Assembly (NCBI GenBank): GCA_010093705.1
Contig: MU006089.1
Location: forward strand, 65,628 to 129,627
Origin: Patellaria atrata CBS 101060
Taxonomy: Eukaryota
Length of the DNA stretch: 64,000 nt
Reading direction: 5' to 3'
Under the pieces are notes generated by a model. The model worked only from the letters and a program-made list of their open reading frames with translations, searched no databases and was not told where the DNA came from. Shown here piece after piece: positions 63,478-64,000 of this stretch (position 1 is the first letter of the stretch; the number at the start of each line of letters is the position of its first letter). The translations under genes and the position numbers were made by a program.

Positions 63478-64000
63478 ATGAACTCTCGACCGGAGCTCAG
63501 ATCAGGTCATTTATTAGCAACCTCAAGAGAATGTGCTTAGATTCATGTCGCTCATCTAATCATTTGTTCACTCTCTCAGCTATATGCCCCTACGTAGTAC
63601 TGCTAACAATTCACAGGTAGCTCTTCATCTCTATCGTGAAACCCTTCGAGAATGTACCTATCTTCCCGATCCAGCAGCGCGTATTTATATTTCGAGCTAT
63701 GTACGCTCCCGATATAGGACTGTTAAATCAAAACTTTTAGAACTACAACAAAAAGAGAAGAAGGACAAGCTTCTGAAGCAAAAATTACTGGCACGATGGA
63801 CGCGTGCATTGGCATCTGGACGCAAATATCGCAACCAACTACGAAGAGCCAATGAAGGCGAGCAAGAATGTCTCAAGCGCGTACTTCTTCATACATATGG
63901 ACGAGCTGGGGAACGGCGCTATGCCCTCCTTCAACCACTCTTGCTAGCTGATCCACAGGAAAGTTCGAGAGCTACCTCTGCGACAAGGAATGAAAAAAAA
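63478..64000 (+). CDS. LYR-motif protein, probably mitochondrial, 3' truncated; first exon uncertain, main exon from about 63617
   Basis: Branch GCTAAC then AG acceptor, followed by open frame LHLYRETLRECTYLPDPAAR...LRRANEG...LKRVLLHTYGRAGERR to window end; not in the ORF track. Confidence 0.7.

Noticed and set aside
1..64000. tRNA, 5S rRNA and snoRNA genes
   Set aside because: No convincing cloverleaf, 5S or paired C/D box seen; tRNAscan-SE and Infernal/Rfam would be needed to exclude them

Overview
Gene-dense, intron-rich genomic DNA from a filamentous ascomycete (Pezizomycotina-like; short GT-AG introns with CTRAC-type branch points). It has one 100-N assembly gap. About 27 protein-coding loci were reconstructed by hand. 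Most are conserved housekeeping genes: septin CDC3/aspB, Pom33/Tts1, a Pcl-type cyclin, glycogen phosphorylase, CAP/Srv2, a Mak32-like PfkB kinase, a small complex-I-type subunit missed by the ORF track, MRPL3, GH43, YVC1, eIF2-alpha, a mitochondrial carrier, Spo71, IMP2, GlnRS, SPF1 and SWI6/cdc10. The most unusual part is a ~9 kb accessory-looking block (42.3-51.3 kb). It holds a decayed HET-domain gene whose core motif is split over micro-exons, a pirin, a SAM-motif hypothetical protein, a divergent HET-C2/GLTP-family gene and a tartrate/D-malate dehydrogenase-like gene. Also notable are an intact-ORF pseudokinase, two inferred GC-AG introns, MCB/SCB cell-cycle boxes and recurrent intergenic GGTAAGGT and TACAGTA motifs. 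No tRNA, rRNA, CRISPR array or recognisable transposon was seen. All family calls come from motif recognition by eye, not database searches.
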